Assembly (NCBI GenBank): GCA_030549815.1
Contig: JAUQQQ010000005.1
Span: forward strand, 6,739-70,738
DNA from: a bacterium
Lineage (GTDB): Bacteria; DRYD01
Length of the DNA: 64,000 nucleotides
Direction: 5' to 3'
Shown: piece after piece, positions 9,223 to 20,097 of the stretch
Position numbering within the stretch: the first letter of the stretch is position 1
Layout of the letters: each line of letters opens with the position of its first letter
The notes under the pieces: generated by a model
What the model was told of the DNA's origin: nothing
Database searches by the model: none
Seen by the model: only the letters and a program-made list of their open reading frames with translations
Program-made: the position numbers and the translations under genes

Positions 9223-10287
9223 GTGCAAAAAAACTGCACAAATATTATGGCAAAAAAGATATTAGTTTTAGAAGGAGATGGAGTTGGGAAAGAAGTTATA
9301 AAATCAGCAATTAAAATACTTGAATTTATACAAAAAAAACTAAAATTAAAAATTGAACTTGAATACGATTACATTGGGGGAGAATGTATAGATAGGTTTG
9401 GTGTTGCTATTAAAGAAGAAACCATAAAGAAAGCAAAAAAATACGGGATTGTGTTATTAGGTGCAGTCGGTGGATACAAGTGGGAAAAATCTAAAGTTAA
9501 ACCCGAAGAAGGATTACTGAAGCTTAGAAAAGAAATGGGAGTTTATGCAAATATTAGACCAATTCACTCTTTTTTCAATAGAAACATTGATATAGTTTTT
9601 GTGAGAGAACTTACAGGAGGGATATATTTTGGGAAACCCAGAAAAAGATGGATAAAAAATAATCGAACTTTTGTAATCGACACTCTTAAATATTCTGACA
9701 AAGAAATAGAAAGAGTTGTAAGGGTAGCGTTTGAAATTGCAAGAAATAGAAAAAAATTTTTGGTAAGCGTCGATAAAGCCAATGTATTGGAATCTTCACG
9801 CCTGTGGAGAGAAATCGTTAATAAAATATCAGAAGAATACAAAGATGTTAAAGTTGAACATCATTTGGTAGATTCCTTTGCTATGAACCTAATCCTGAAA
9901 CCAGAGTATTTTGATGTTGTGGTTACGGAAAATCTTTTTGGTGATATATTAACAGATGAAGCTGCAGTATTAGTAGGAAGTTTAGGGCTATTACCATCAG
10001 CAAGTTTGGCTTTCAAAAAAGAGAAAGTAATAGGTTTATATGAACCAATACATGGGTCAGCACCAGATATAGCAGGTAAAAATATAGCAAACCCCATAGG
10101 AGCAATTTTGTCAGTAGCACTAATGTTTAAATATTCTTTAAAAAGAGATGATATATATGAATTAATATACCAAGCAGTTCAAAAAACTTTAGAAAAAGGA
10201 TACAAAACTTTTGATTTAGATAAAAATAATTACCTTCAAACCGATAAATTCACAGATAAAATAATAGAAAATATGAATGTCAATTAG
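9223..10287 (+). CDS. leuB: 3-isopropylmalate dehydrogenase
   Basis: GDGVGKEV, RELTGGIYFG, VDKANVL, ENLFGDILTD, EPIHGSAPDIAG. Confidence 0.95.
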   Translation: MQKNCTNIMAKKILVLEGDGVGKEVIKSAIKILEFIQKKLKLKIELEYDYIGGECIDRFGVAIKEETIKKAKKYGIVLLGAVGGYKWEKSKVKPEEGLLKLRKEMGVYANIRPIHSFFNRNIDIVFVRELTGGIYFGKPRKRWIKNNRTFVIDTLKYSDKEIERVVRVAFEIARNRKKFLVSVDKANVLESSRLWREIVNKISEEYKDVKVEHHLVDSFAMNLILKPEYFDVVVTENLFGDILTDEAAVLVGSLGLLPSASLAFKKEKVIGLYEPIHGSAPDIAGKNIANPIGAILSVALMFKYSLKRDDIYELIYQAVQKTLEKGYKTFDLDKNNYLQTDKFTDKIIENMNVN

Positions 10288-11833
10288 GATAATCTCATTT
10301 TTGGTTTCTTTCTCCCTACTTTTTTTGATCTCAATCCTTATTTTATTTTTCTTTTCAAACACATCAATTAAATACTATATTGATACAAAAAAAAGCGAAT
10401 TAAAATCATACGGACAGTTAATTAAAAACGTCTTAGAAAACACAGATTTATTCACCTTACAAAACAAGGACAATACATTCAACATTTTTCCCCAAATTCC
10501 CGAATATGCTTATTTCATAATATTTGACAAAGATTACAACGTAGTTTTCTATTTTCCTTATTATTTTGAGGTTGACAAAGAGTTTTTAAAAAAATATTCA
10601 CAGGATAAAGAAAAAATAGTAGAAGACAAAAAAAATTACCTGATAACATATTTTTCTCCAATTTTTATAAAAAATGAGCCATATATGTTAGCAATAGAAA
10701 TGGATCTAAGTTTGATAAAGGAGTTTCAAAAAAGCTTATTAAAAACAATTGTATATCTATTACCTATTAACGTTTTATTGTCTTTCATATTTTCACTACT
10801 ATTTTCCAACATAGTAATTAAAAGGTTGGGATTAATAAGGGATTTCGCTGTCAAAGTCGCACTTGGAAATATATACTACAACGCAGAATATAATTACAAG
10901 GACGAATTAGAAGACGTTTTTAGGAGTATAAAAATAATGAAAAATAACTTAATAAAATTAATAAAAGATGTAGAGAATTCCCAGAAAACTTTGAAAAATA
11001 TCTTAACATCATTACCATTTACTATATTTTTGATCGATAAAAATACAAAAAACTTTACTGTTTTAAATAATTTCTACAATCTGAATGTGGATGTTTTTTT
11101 TAACAGGATTGAAAAAGAAGATATAATTGAAGAAAATAGCAAGAAATTCAAGGTAATGAAAATAGATATAAAAGAAGGTTTACTGGTAATAATTATTGAT
11201 TTTACAGAAATCTATGAAATCGAGAAGATTAAGCTGAAATTTTTAAGTGAGATATCACACGATTTAAGAACACCAATTGCTACAACAAAAGCAATAATTT
11301 CCAACATTAAAGATGAAAGGGTAGATAAAGCATTAGAATATCTCGACAAAATGGCTGAAATGGTTAATAAATATCTTTATTACTCCAAGATAAAATTAAG
11401 GAAAATAGAAATAAATTTGGAAAAAGTTAGTTTAATGGATTTAGTTGAAATAGTAAGTGATACGGCATCTTTTTTTTCACTTGATTTCTCTAAGCCTGAC
11501 AATATTCCCGACAGAAAAGTAAAAATGGATATATCTCTTTTCCAGCAAATGCTATTTAACCTACTTGATAACTCAACAAAAAAATCAAAACAAGTTAATA
11601 TAAGAATTAATTTTACAGAAAATGTGGTCGAGGTTTTAATAGAAAATGAAGCAAAATACGAAGATTATGAAAACGTAACAAATATATTCAAAGGATTGAA
11701 GGAAAGCAAAGGAATTGGTCTAAATATTATTAAAGAGATATCAATGATTAATAACTTTTCTATCGATATTCTGTATGAAAACGGTTATATAATCTTCAAA
11801 ACGTCAATACCTTATGCATCCGATCTTATTTAA
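10277..11833 (+). CDS. Membrane sensor histidine kinase (HAMP-HisKA-HATPase)
   Basis: Two TMs, HAMP (KDELEDV), H-box EISHDLRTPI, N-box NLLDNS, G2 GIGL. Confidence 0.85.
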   Translation: MSIRIISFLVSFSLLFLISILILFFFSNTSIKYYIDTKKSELKSYGQLIKNVLENTDLFTLQNKDNTFNIFPQIPEYAYFIIFDKDYNVVFYFPYYFEVDKEFLKKYSQDKEKIVEDKKNYLITYFSPIFIKNEPYMLAIEMDLSLIKEFQKSLLKTIVYLLPINVLLSFIFSLLFSNIVIKRLGLIRDFAVKVALGNIYYNAEYNYKDELEDVFRSIKIMKNNLIKLIKDVENSQKTLKNILTSLPFTIFLIDKNTKNFTVLNNFYNLNVDVFFNRIEKEDIIEENSKKFKVMKIDIKEGLLVIIIDFTEIYEIEKIKLKFLSEISHDLRTPIATTKAIISNIKDERVDKALEYLDKMAEMVNKYLYYSKIKLRKIEINLEKVSLMDLVEIVSDTASFFSLDFSKPDNIPDRKVKMDISLFQQMLFNLLDNSTKKSKQVNIRINFTENVVEVLIENEAKYEDYENVTNIFKGLKESKGIGLNIIKEISMINNFSIDILYENGYIIFKTSIPYASDLI

Positions 11834-12551
11834 AATAGGGAATTTAACAATCTATACTTACGGAACCATACTTTACATCGATATATTAGCTTCTTTATAT
11901 CTTCTTTCAATTTATTATAAAAAATTCATCGATACCTCCTTTGATAGTATATTTAACTCATTTATTATTTTGCTTTTGTCTATGTACTTAGGTGGAAAAA
12001 TAGGATACTCCATCTTTAATGAAACAAGTTTAGATAGTTTTATAATAAGCACTATAAATCCGTTTGAAGGTGGTTTAACAATAATAGGGGCAATATTTGG
12101 GGGCATATTAGGAGTTGTTTTAAGTGCAAAAATTCATAAACTTGACACTTTAAGACTACTTGATACTTTTTCATTTATTGCTCCCTTTAGTATTTTCATA
12201 GGAAGAATAGGATGTTTAATGGCAGGCTGTTGCTATGGAAAACCAAGCACATGGGGAATAGAATTACACGGCTGCATAAGATATCCTACTCAATTATTTG
12301 AAAGCATACTTTCTTTGTTTATTTTCATTTATTTCTTATATTCATTAAAGGGGACAAATCAAACAAGAGGTATTTATTTATTTAAATTTCTCATTCTTTA
12401 TGGTATTGTAAGATTTTTTGTTGAATATTTCAGAGAATCACAAATAATATTCTTATCTTTGTCTTTAGCACAAATATTTTCCCTATTTATGATAACTACG
12501 GGGTTAATTGGAATAATTTTACTAAAAAGGAAAGGAGAAAGAAAAGTATGA
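11814..12551 (+). CDS. lgt: Prolipoprotein diacylglyceryl transferase
   Basis: MHPILF..YTYG, GRIGCLMAGCCYG, YPTQLFE, RFFVEYFR. Confidence 0.9.
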   Translation: MHPILFKIGNLTIYTYGTILYIDILASLYLLSIYYKKFIDTSFDSIFNSFIILLLSMYLGGKIGYSIFNETSLDSFIISTINPFEGGLTIIGAIFGGILGVVLSAKIHKLDTLRLLDTFSFIAPFSIFIGRIGCLMAGCCYGKPSTWGIELHGCIRYPTQLFESILSLFIFIYFLYSLKGTNQTRGIYLFKFLILYGIVRFFVEYFRESQIIFLSLSLAQIFSLFMITTGLIGIILLKRKGERKV

Positions 12552-12955
12552 TAGAAATTAACTTAACAACAAAAAATAGGGAAGAATTTATCGATATTAC
12601 TGAAAAATTAATCAATGTGATAAACCAAGAAATAGAAAAAGAAAACATAAAAGATGGTATAGTAGTTATATATGTTCCACACACAACTGCTGGTTGCGTA
12701 ATTAATGAAAACGCAGATCCTTCAGTAAAAAAAGACATTTTAGAATTTCTAAATACCCATATACCAAGAGATAAGAAATATCATCATACAGAAGGGAATG
12801 CAGATGCACACATAAAAGCATCGATAATTGGTAATTCTTTGAATTTAATAATATCCGGAGGAAAAGTAATTTTAGGTTCTTGGCAAGGAATATTTTTCTG
12901 CGAGTTTGATGGCCCAAGAACACGAAAAATTTTTGTCCAAGTTATAAAGAAGTAA
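12548..12955 (+). CDS. yjbQ: YjbQ/UPF0047 family protein
   Basis: PHTTAG..INENADP, EGNADAHIK, LGSWQGIFFCEFDGPR. Confidence 0.92.
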   Translation: MIEINLTTKNREEFIDITEKLINVINQEIEKENIKDGIVVIYVPHTTAGCVINENADPSVKKDILEFLNTHIPRDKKYHHTEGNADAHIKASIIGNSLNLIISGGKVILGSWQGIFFCEFDGPRTRKIFVQVIKK

Positions 12956-12968
12956 AGGAGAAAACAAA

Positions 12969-13763
12969 ATGAAAGTAGGAATATACACAACAGTAGCTGT
13001 AGAAGCAGCTTTTAAAGCAGGAGAAATACTAAAAAAATACTACAGAAAAAGCTTCGAATACCACTATAAAGGATATAGAAATCCTGTAACACAAGCAGAT
13101 ATTGAATCCCAAGAAGAAATAAAAAGAATAATAAAATCAAATTTCAAGAATCATAGAATATTGGCAGAAGAGGATTGGAATGAAGGAAAAGTAGATTTCG
13201 ATGGTTTTTGGTGGATTATAGATCCATTAGATGGCACCGTTAATTTCAGAAAAGGGTTTCCATTTTTTTGTGTCTCTATAGCACTTGCCAAAGATCAAGA
13301 AATCCTATTGGGAGTTATTTACTTACCTATCTTAGATGAACTATTTTTGGCTGAAAAAGGACAAGGCAGCTATTTTAACGATAGAAAAATAAGTGTATCA
13401 AATGTTGATACTTTAGAAAAGAGTGTATTAGCAACAGGTTTTAGTTATGCATTGGTAAATAATCCAGATCCACATATAGAACTATTTAAGAATTTATCAG
13501 TAAAGACAGAAGCGATAAGGAGAGCAGGTAGTGCAGCCATAGATTTAGCATACACAGCAATGGGCGTATTCGATGGTTTCTGGGAATTCGACCTAAAACC
13601 CTGGGATACAGCAGCAGGAGTTATATTAGTTAAGGAAGCAAACGGAAAAGTAAGCGATTATTACGGAAATGAATTTTCATTATGGAGTAAAACCATAGTT
13701 GCTTCTAACGGAAAAATACATGATCAAATAATTAATCATACAAAAGAAGTAAAAATTGAGTAA
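12969..13763 (+). CDS. suhB: Inositol monophosphatase family protein
   Basis: VTQAD, WIIDPLDGTVNF, RRAGSAAIDL, WDTAAG. Confidence 0.92.
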   Translation: MKVGIYTTVAVEAAFKAGEILKKYYRKSFEYHYKGYRNPVTQADIESQEEIKRIIKSNFKNHRILAEEDWNEGKVDFDGFWWIIDPLDGTVNFRKGFPFFCVSIALAKDQEILLGVIYLPILDELFLAEKGQGSYFNDRKISVSNVDTLEKSVLATGFSYALVNNPDPHIELFKNLSVKTEAIRRAGSAAIDLAYTAMGVFDGFWEFDLKPWDTAAGVILVKEANGKVSDYYGNEFSLWSKTIVASNGKIHDQIINHTKEVKIE

Positions 13764-14673
13764 TAAAAATATAATTTTCACACTACTTTTTGTTTTCGCA
13801 TTACTTTGCTTATGTTTTCCTCATAACAATAAATACAAAGAAATTGACGAGTTTTTATACGGTATAGAAAAAATTTATTATGAAGATTTATTCATCAAAA
13901 GGGATATATACACTGTAGAAAATTTAAAAAATTACTTTTTAGAAAGATGTGGCAAGAGTAAAGAAGAAGCATTCAAAGAAACTCTGTATACATTTGTTAA
14001 AGATCCGTTCTTAGAAATAAGAGAAAAACAAGTTTTTGAAAGCAACTACTACAAAGAAAGAGATGTAGAAAATGACATTAAGATAAAAAAGGTTGATGAA
14101 AATATTTATTTAATTACTTTTTATCAAATCAGCCCAAATATGGCAAAAAAATACAAAGAATATTTAACTCAGAATATTGATAAAAATAGCGTAATAATAA
14201 TAGATTTAACGAACAATTTAGGTGGGAGTCTATGGTCCGCCGCATTTTTTATAAGTTTATTCTTTGAACCAAATACTTATTTATTTTCTGTTAATTTCCT
14301 AAAGAAGAACGGGATAAAAACACAGAATTTTTACAATAGTGCAGATTTTGGTGGATATTTTGTCAATAATTTAGTGGCAGTTTTACAGGATGATACTACT
14401 GTAAGTGCAGCAGAAGTTATTAGCGGTGTTTTAAAAAAGAGAGCCTTAATTTTCGGTGATCTTACCTTCGGAAAACCTTATATCCAAAGTGTATTTGATG
14501 TAGGGAATTTAACGATAGTTTACACGAATGCTTTTTTAAATTTTTCATTAGAATTAGAGCCACATAGCAAAATAAGACCTGATTTTTACTTAAACCCTAA
14601 AGAAATCGAAAAAAAAATTATAATCCAATTAGTTAGAAAATTAAATTTTTTTCTAAGTAATAAAGGTGGTTAA
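13756..14673 (+). CDS. S41 (CtpA-like) peptidase lacking PDZ domain
   Basis: IIDLTNNLGG, TVSAAEVI (catalytic Ser), TFGK (catalytic Lys), N-terminal hydrophobic anchor. Confidence 0.8.
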   Translation: MSNKNIIFTLLFVFALLCLCFPHNNKYKEIDEFLYGIEKIYYEDLFIKRDIYTVENLKNYFLERCGKSKEEAFKETLYTFVKDPFLEIREKQVFESNYYKERDVENDIKIKKVDENIYLITFYQISPNMAKKYKEYLTQNIDKNSVIIIDLTNNLGGSLWSAAFFISLFFEPNTYLFSVNFLKKNGIKTQNFYNSADFGGYFVNNLVAVLQDDTTVSAAEVISGVLKKRALIFGDLTFGKPYIQSVFDVGNLTIVYTNAFLNFSLELEPHSKIRPDFYLNPKEIEKKIIIQLVRKLNFFLSNKGG

Positions 14674-14701
14674 TATAATTTAAAAAGTTTGTAAAAAAAA
14701 A

Positions 14702-14718
14702 TTAACATTTTTTTAACA
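14702..14718 (-). promoter_or_regulatory. TGTTAA-N5-TGTTAA direct-repeat box (OmpR/PhoB-family-like site)
   Basis: + strand TTAACA 14702-07 and 14713-18; additional TGTAAA half-site at 14690. Confidence 0.55.
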
Positions 14719-14772
14719 AAATAAAGAAAAACTAAAAAAGAGGAAAGAAAATTTTAAAAGGGGGAAAAACAA

Positions 14773-15792
14773 ATGTTTAATCTCAATCCAAATAATGCTC
14801 CAATCTTTCAAGGGCAACAAATAAATCCACAAGCAAATCAATCTCAACCAAATGTACAAAATACCTCATCCGATCCTTTTGATAAATTGCTAAATAAATC
14901 TCTAAATGACCAATCCAATAAACAAATAACAACAGATACAAATTTAGAAAACTACAGAAAACAAATAGAACAATTAGATTTAGAACAGTTAAGAATGGAA
15001 AGAAGAAGATTAGTAGATCTAATAGTTAAATACATGAACGAAGGTAAAAGGGATTTGTTAGATGAGGCACAAAAGAAATATAAAATAGCAGTGCAAGTTA
15101 GTGATAGTAAAGTAATGAACTTTTCTGCTGCTTCGATAGCAGAAAAAAAACAAGAACAAAACATTGCCCAAGTATCAAAAGATGATTTCTTGAAAAAGCT
15201 TCAAGAATCTGATATCCTTCCTCCTGACAATTCAACTCCACCAACAATACCTCAACAAACATCGATATCTCAACAAAATAATATCATAAATACAACAGAC
15301 ACGCAAGTATCATCAGCCAATCCAAATGTTCAAATGCTCTCCATACCAAACATTAACAATCAAACAAATCTACAAGGAATGGTAAATCCTAATCAAGGTC
15401 AAAATTTTCAACAACAAAGTTTAATAAACACCTTAAATTCTATGAATCCCAATCAAATTAATACGCTCTTTTCCAATCCTCAAGGAATATTTAATTCTTT
15501 AAATACTTTAAATAATACTAATCAAGCAGGAGTAGTTGGGCAAAGTGTACCCATGAATCCAGGGATTAATAATCCTTTTAATCCTTCATTTTCTAACATT
15601 TTACTAAATGCAGTAAATCCAGTTAATCCTTTTTCCCCATTAATAACGAGTTACGGAGTTTATGCACCAGGGCTAAGAAATAATCCAACGATGAACGCTT
15701 ATTTAAACGGAGAACTTTACCCTACAGATATGGCAGATTTAGGAGTATGGTCAGTACTCAATAAAGAATTATTCACAAAAAACGAAGAATAA
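14773..15792 (+). CDS. N/Q/P-rich hypothetical protein
   Basis: 339 aa ORF with AGGGGG RBS; low-complexity ends around a central helical segment. Confidence 0.75.
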   Translation: MFNLNPNNAPIFQGQQINPQANQSQPNVQNTSSDPFDKLLNKSLNDQSNKQITTDTNLENYRKQIEQLDLEQLRMERRRLVDLIVKYMNEGKRDLLDEAQKKYKIAVQVSDSKVMNFSAASIAEKKQEQNIAQVSKDDFLKKLQESDILPPDNSTPPTIPQQTSISQQNNIINTTDTQVSSANPNVQMLSIPNINNQTNLQGMVNPNQGQNFQQQSLINTLNSMNPNQINTLFSNPQGIFNSLNTLNNTNQAGVVGQSVPMNPGINNPFNPSFSNILLNAVNPVNPFSPLITSYGVYAPGLRNNPTMNAYLNGELYPTDMADLGVWSVLNKELFTKNEE

Positions 15793-15938
15793 AATTATAT
15801 CCACAAAATAAAGTTTTCTTTTCTCGTAGTTTTTCCTTTATTGTCAACGGTTTGCTTTTTCTAAATTTTCGTCCAACAGCCCCTTAATTGTTTCATTCTA
15901 AAGGATTAAAAAAGTATGAAATAGAATTATAAAATTGT

Positions 15939-17384
15939 ATGAGGAGAGTATTAATTGCAAATAGAGGAGAAATTGCAGTTAGGATAATTAACACTCTTAA
16001 GAAATTAGGTGTTTACACAATTGCCATACACTCAGAAGTAGATAAACATAGTAAACATGTAAGGTTAGCAAACGAAAGTTATAATTTAGTTGATACATAT
16101 TGCTATCTTGATATTGAAAAAATAATAGAAACGGCAAAGAAAGCAAAGGCTGATGCAATTCATCCAGGCTATGGTTTCTTATCTGAAAATTATTTATTTG
16201 CAAAAGCATGCGAAGAGAATAATATAACTTTCATTGGTCCAAATTATAAAGTAATAGAGCAATTAGGGGACAAAGTTTTAGCAAGAAAGATAGCAGAAGA
16301 ATCAAATGTTCCTATACCGCCTGGCAAAAACATAAGCAATGCAGAAAGTTTTGAAAATATAGTTAAGGAAGCTAAAGAAATAGGTTTTCCAATAATGATA
16401 AAAGCAGCCAAAGGAGGAGGAGGTAAAGGAATAAGAACAGTTTATTCCGAAAGTCAATTGTTTGAAGCAATTCAAGCTGCAAAAAGAGAAGCTCTAACAG
16501 CATTCAAAGATGATTCAATTTATATTGAAAAATTTTTCGAAAGTCCCCGACATATCGAAGTCCAAATATTTGGAGATAACCATGGAAACGTTATTCATCT
16601 TAATGTCAGAGAATGCTCTATTCAAAGAAAACATCAAAAACTAATAGAAGAGGCGCCAGCGTTAGACGAAGAATTAAGAGAACAAATTTGCCAAGCAGCA
16701 ATTAGGATAGCCAAAAAAGTTGGATACTACAACGCAGGTACCGTAGAGTTTATATTCAAAGATAATAAGTTTTACTTCTTAGAGGTCAATACAAGGCTAC
16801 AAGTTGAACACCCTGTTACAGAAATGATAACAGGATTGGATTTAGTAGAATTGCAATACAATATAGCTTTCGGTGGTTATGTTCCAAAGCAAGTTAATTT
16901 CAATGGACATGCTATAGAATGCCGGATAACTGCAGAAGATCCGGAAAATAACTTCATTCCAGTGTCTGGGAAAATATCAGTTTTTGAATATCCACAAAAT
17001 GTAAGAATAGATACATTTATAGAAGAGGGAACAGAAATACCACCTTATTACGATTCACTAATATGTAAAGTCATCGTCAAAGGTAACAATAGGAATGAAG
17101 CAATAGAAAACATGACATACGCACTGAAAAACTTAATTATCCTACCATTAAAAACAAACAAAAGCTTATTATTGGATATAATTAAATCAGAAGCATTCAA
17201 AAAAGGCGACGTTAGCACAGATTTTATACCAAGATATTTTAGTAACTGGAAAGAAAGTTTTGATAATGTATTAAACGAGGAATTAATAAGTGGATTTTTA
17301 AGTAAATATAGAGAACTAATGATTAATAAAAATATTTCAAATAGTTATAAAAAAGAACATAACTTGGAGATGTGGATGGTATGA
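15939..17384 (+). CDS. accC: Biotin carboxylase
   Basis: [56 protein letters not shown]. Confidence 0.93.
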   Translation: MRRVLIANRGEIAVRIINTLKKLGVYTIAIHSEVDKHSKHVRLANESYNLVDTYCYLDIEKIIETAKKAKADAIHPGYGFLSENYLFAKACEENNITFIGPNYKVIEQLGDKVLARKIAEESNVPIPPGKNISNAESFENIVKEAKEIGFPIMIKAAKGGGGKGIRTVYSESQLFEAIQAAKREALTAFKDDSIYIEKFFESPRHIEVQIFGDNHGNVIHLNVRECSIQRKHQKLIEEAPALDEELREQICQAAIRIAKKVGYYNAGTVEFIFKDNKFYFLEVNTRLQVEHPVTEMITGLDLVELQYNIAFGGYVPKQVNFNGHAIECRITAEDPENNFIPVSGKISVFEYPQNVRIDTFIEEGTEIPPYYDSLICKVIVKGNNRNEAIENMTYALKNLIILPLKTNKSLLLDIIKSEAFKKGDVSTDFIPRYFSNWKESFDNVLNEELISGFLSKYRELMINKNISNSYKKEHNLEMWMV

Positions 17385-19777
17385 CAAAGTTATTAGAAGC
17401 AAATTTTGTAGATGAATTAAAAAACAGTTATATAGACTATTCCTTAAGTGTTTTATTATCCCGTGCATTACCAGATGTAAGGGATGGTTTAAAACCTGTA
17501 CAAAGAAGAATTTTATATGCAATGTATGAGATGAATTTATTACCGGATTCTGGTTTCAAAAAATGTGCAAGTGTTGTTGGTGAAGTTTTGGGCAAGTATC
17601 ATCCTCATGGAGATAGTTCAGTTTATGAAGCTTTAGTTAGGATGGCTCAAGATTTTACACTTAACTATCCATTAGTATGGGGACAAGGAAATTTTGGGTC
17701 GATAGATGGAGATCCCGCAGCAGCATACAGATATACAGAAGCTAAATTAACAGAAATCGGATACTTAATGCTAAAAGACATAGATTTAAATACAGTTGAT
17801 TTTAGGAATAACTTTGATGATTCAACTGAAGAACCTGTTGTCTTACCAGCTGCTTTTCCAAATTTGTTAGTCAATGGTTCAACAGGTATAGCAGTAGGAA
17901 TGACAACCAATATTCCTCCTCATAATCTTAATGAAGTTATTGATGCATGCATCTTAGTTCTTGAGAAACCAAACGTCAGCATAAAAGAGATCTTAGAAGT
18001 TATAAAAGGTCCAGATTTTCCTACAGGAGGAATAGTATACACATCGAAAATAATCAAATCAATCTACTCAACAGGAAAAGGAATAATAAAAGTTGAAGGA
18101 AAATATAAGATCGAAACGATTGAAAAGAAAGATTACTTGGTTATTTACGAAATACCCTATTCCGTTAATAAATCAAAGTTAGTAAGAGAAATAGCTGAAG
18201 CAATAAAAGATAAAAAGTTGCCAGATGTTTCAGATGTAATAGACCAAAGTAATAACAAGGAAATAAGAATACTTTTAGAATTAAAAAATCCTTATAATCA
18301 GAAAAACATCGTTGATTATTTAAAAAACTTTACTTCTTTTAGGATAACATTCTACTGTGCTTTTATCGCGGTAGATGGGCATATACCAAGACAGTATTCC
18401 ATTCTTGAATTAATACAGAAATATGTTGAACACAGAAGAGAAATAGTAATAAGAAGAACAAAAGAGATACTTGAAAGCAATTCCAAAAAAGCATTCCTTT
18501 TAAAAGCATTAATAAAAGCAACAAAAAATATCGATAAAGTTATAGAAATAATAAAAAACAGTCAAGATTATAAAACAGCAGCTTATAATTTAATATCAGA
18601 ACTACAGATAAATTATAAACAAGCAGAATACATCCTTAATTTGCAATTACACAGATTGACAAAATTAGAGATAAATAAACTGTTAGAAGATTATAAACAA
18701 ACTATGAAAAAAATAGAGGAATTGGCTCAAATCTTGGATAATGAAAAAAAATTAAAGGAAGTGATTAAAAAAGAACTAATAGAGATAAAAGAAAAGTATG
18801 GTAAAGAGAGAAAAACGGAGATAGCAAAGGATGATGATTTCAAGCAAATAAAGATTGAGAAACCCCAAATTGTTGAAGATTTATTAGTATTAGGTTTCTC
18901 TAACGGATACCTTAGTTCTTTTAAATCGTCGACCAAGTTAGAAAAAATATTTGCCAATGTTGGACCTTATAATTTTATTACTTCCCTTATTGAAATAGCT
19001 TCAAATCAAAAAATCATCGTATTTTTATCAAACGGAAAGTATGCAATATTTGATTTATCTAAATTTATAGATAGTTCTGTATTTTTACCAAAACTTTATA
19101 AAGCTGAAGATAATACCAAAGCAATATTTTTAACAACTACAAAAAAGATTCAAAAATATTCGAAATTTATAATTTTAACCAAAAAAGGAATAGTTAAAGC
19201 AGTTAATTCAAAAGAATTAGCCGATATAACGAGGATAAGTTTATACATTAAATTGGATGAAACTAAATCTGATGAAATTGAAAACAATCAAAAAGACGAA
19301 GTAATTAGAATTATGCCATTTCAAGAAAATTCATTCATTTTAGGTTTGACAGAGATGGGATACGCTTTTAAAGTAAACTCAAACGAAATACCAGAATACT
19401 CAAAAAGTTCAAAAGGTGTGAAAATTGTGGGTTTAAAAGAAAATGATAACATTTATTTAGCAGACGTTGTTAGTAATCTCTTTACTCCTAAAGTAGTTTT
19501 CCTTACAAATGATGGTATTTTGAGTATTGATAATATTGAAGTTTTATCACGAGGAAAAGCAATAACTGAAAAAAATAGAATTTTACCTAAGAATGTTAAG
19601 TTAAAAGCATCTCATTTTACAAGCACTGCCCTATTTTCAAATGATAAGTCAAAATATAATTTAGTATTTTCTGAAGATGGAGTTGTTTTGGTAAATAATT
19701 TTGACGAAAAACAAAATTTATTAAATAATGCAAATCTTGTAAATTATTTAGGTGAAGTTTCGATAAAAAAATTATAG
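17381..19777 (+). CDS. Type IIA topoisomerase subunit A (GyrA/ParC family; no GyrA-box seen)
   Basis: [29 protein letters not shown] catalytic Tyr; start placed at the ATGA overlap with accC. Confidence 0.9.
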   Translation: MTKLLEANFVDELKNSYIDYSLSVLLSRALPDVRDGLKPVQRRILYAMYEMNLLPDSGFKKCASVVGEVLGKYHPHGDSSVYEALVRMAQDFTLNYPLVWGQGNFGSIDGDPAAAYRYTEAKLTEIGYLMLKDIDLNTVDFRNNFDDSTEEPVVLPAAFPNLLVNGSTGIAVGMTTNIPPHNLNEVIDACILVLEKPNVSIKEILEVIKGPDFPTGGIVYTSKIIKSIYSTGKGIIKVEGKYKIETIEKKDYLVIYEIPYSVNKSKLVREIAEAIKDKKLPDVSDVIDQSNNKEIRILLELKNPYNQKNIVDYLKNFTSFRITFYCAFIAVDGHIPRQYSILELIQKYVEHRREIVIRRTKEILESNSKKAFLLKALIKATKNIDKVIEIIKNSQDYKTAAYNLISELQINYKQAEYILNLQLHRLTKLEINKLLEDYKQTMKKIEELAQILDNEKKLKEVIKKELIEIKEKYGKERKTEIAKDDDFKQIKIEKPQIVEDLLVLGFSNGYLSSFKSSTKLEKIFANVGPYNFITSLIEIASNQKIIVFLSNGKYAIFDLSKFIDSSVFLPKLYKAEDNTKAIFLTTTKKIQKYSKFIILTKKGIVKAVNSKELADITRISLYIKLDETKSDEIENNQKDEVIRIMPFQENSFILGLTEMGYAFKVNSNEIPEYSKSSKGVKIVGLKENDNIYLADVVSNLFTPKVVFLTNDGILSIDNIEVLSRGKAITEKNRILPKNVKLKASHFTSTALFSNDKSKYNLVFSEDGVVLVNNFDEKQNLLNNANLVNYLGEVSIKKL

Positions 19778-19824
19778 CATACCCTGGTATAAGCCAATAT
19801 TCCTACTAATATTAAGGTTCATTT

Positions 19825-19925
19825 GGGAAAATATTAGTAAAAGTTATTTTCAGATTCAAAGTGAGTTGTTTAGATAATCTACCTAATTCTCCTATAATAT
19901 TAGCTGTTAATTATCATAGTTACAT
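19825..19925 (+). pseudogene. Remnant of PlsC-like acyltransferase
   Basis: Short frame FRFKVSCLDNLPNSPIILAVNYHSY resembles the PlsC N-terminal block; flanked by stops. Confidence 0.4.
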
Positions 19926-20097
19926 GGTTTCTAACTTTCTATGAATCTATTCCTGTTGCCAATTCCTACTAAATCATACATCCAAAGATCGATAGAATTA
20001 TTAAAACAAGGAAGAAAGATAACATAAAGATTTACCTCAAAAAGAACTACACATCTTATTTGCCAAAACTGTTTTAGAAAGAAGAGTGGTGATTTAA

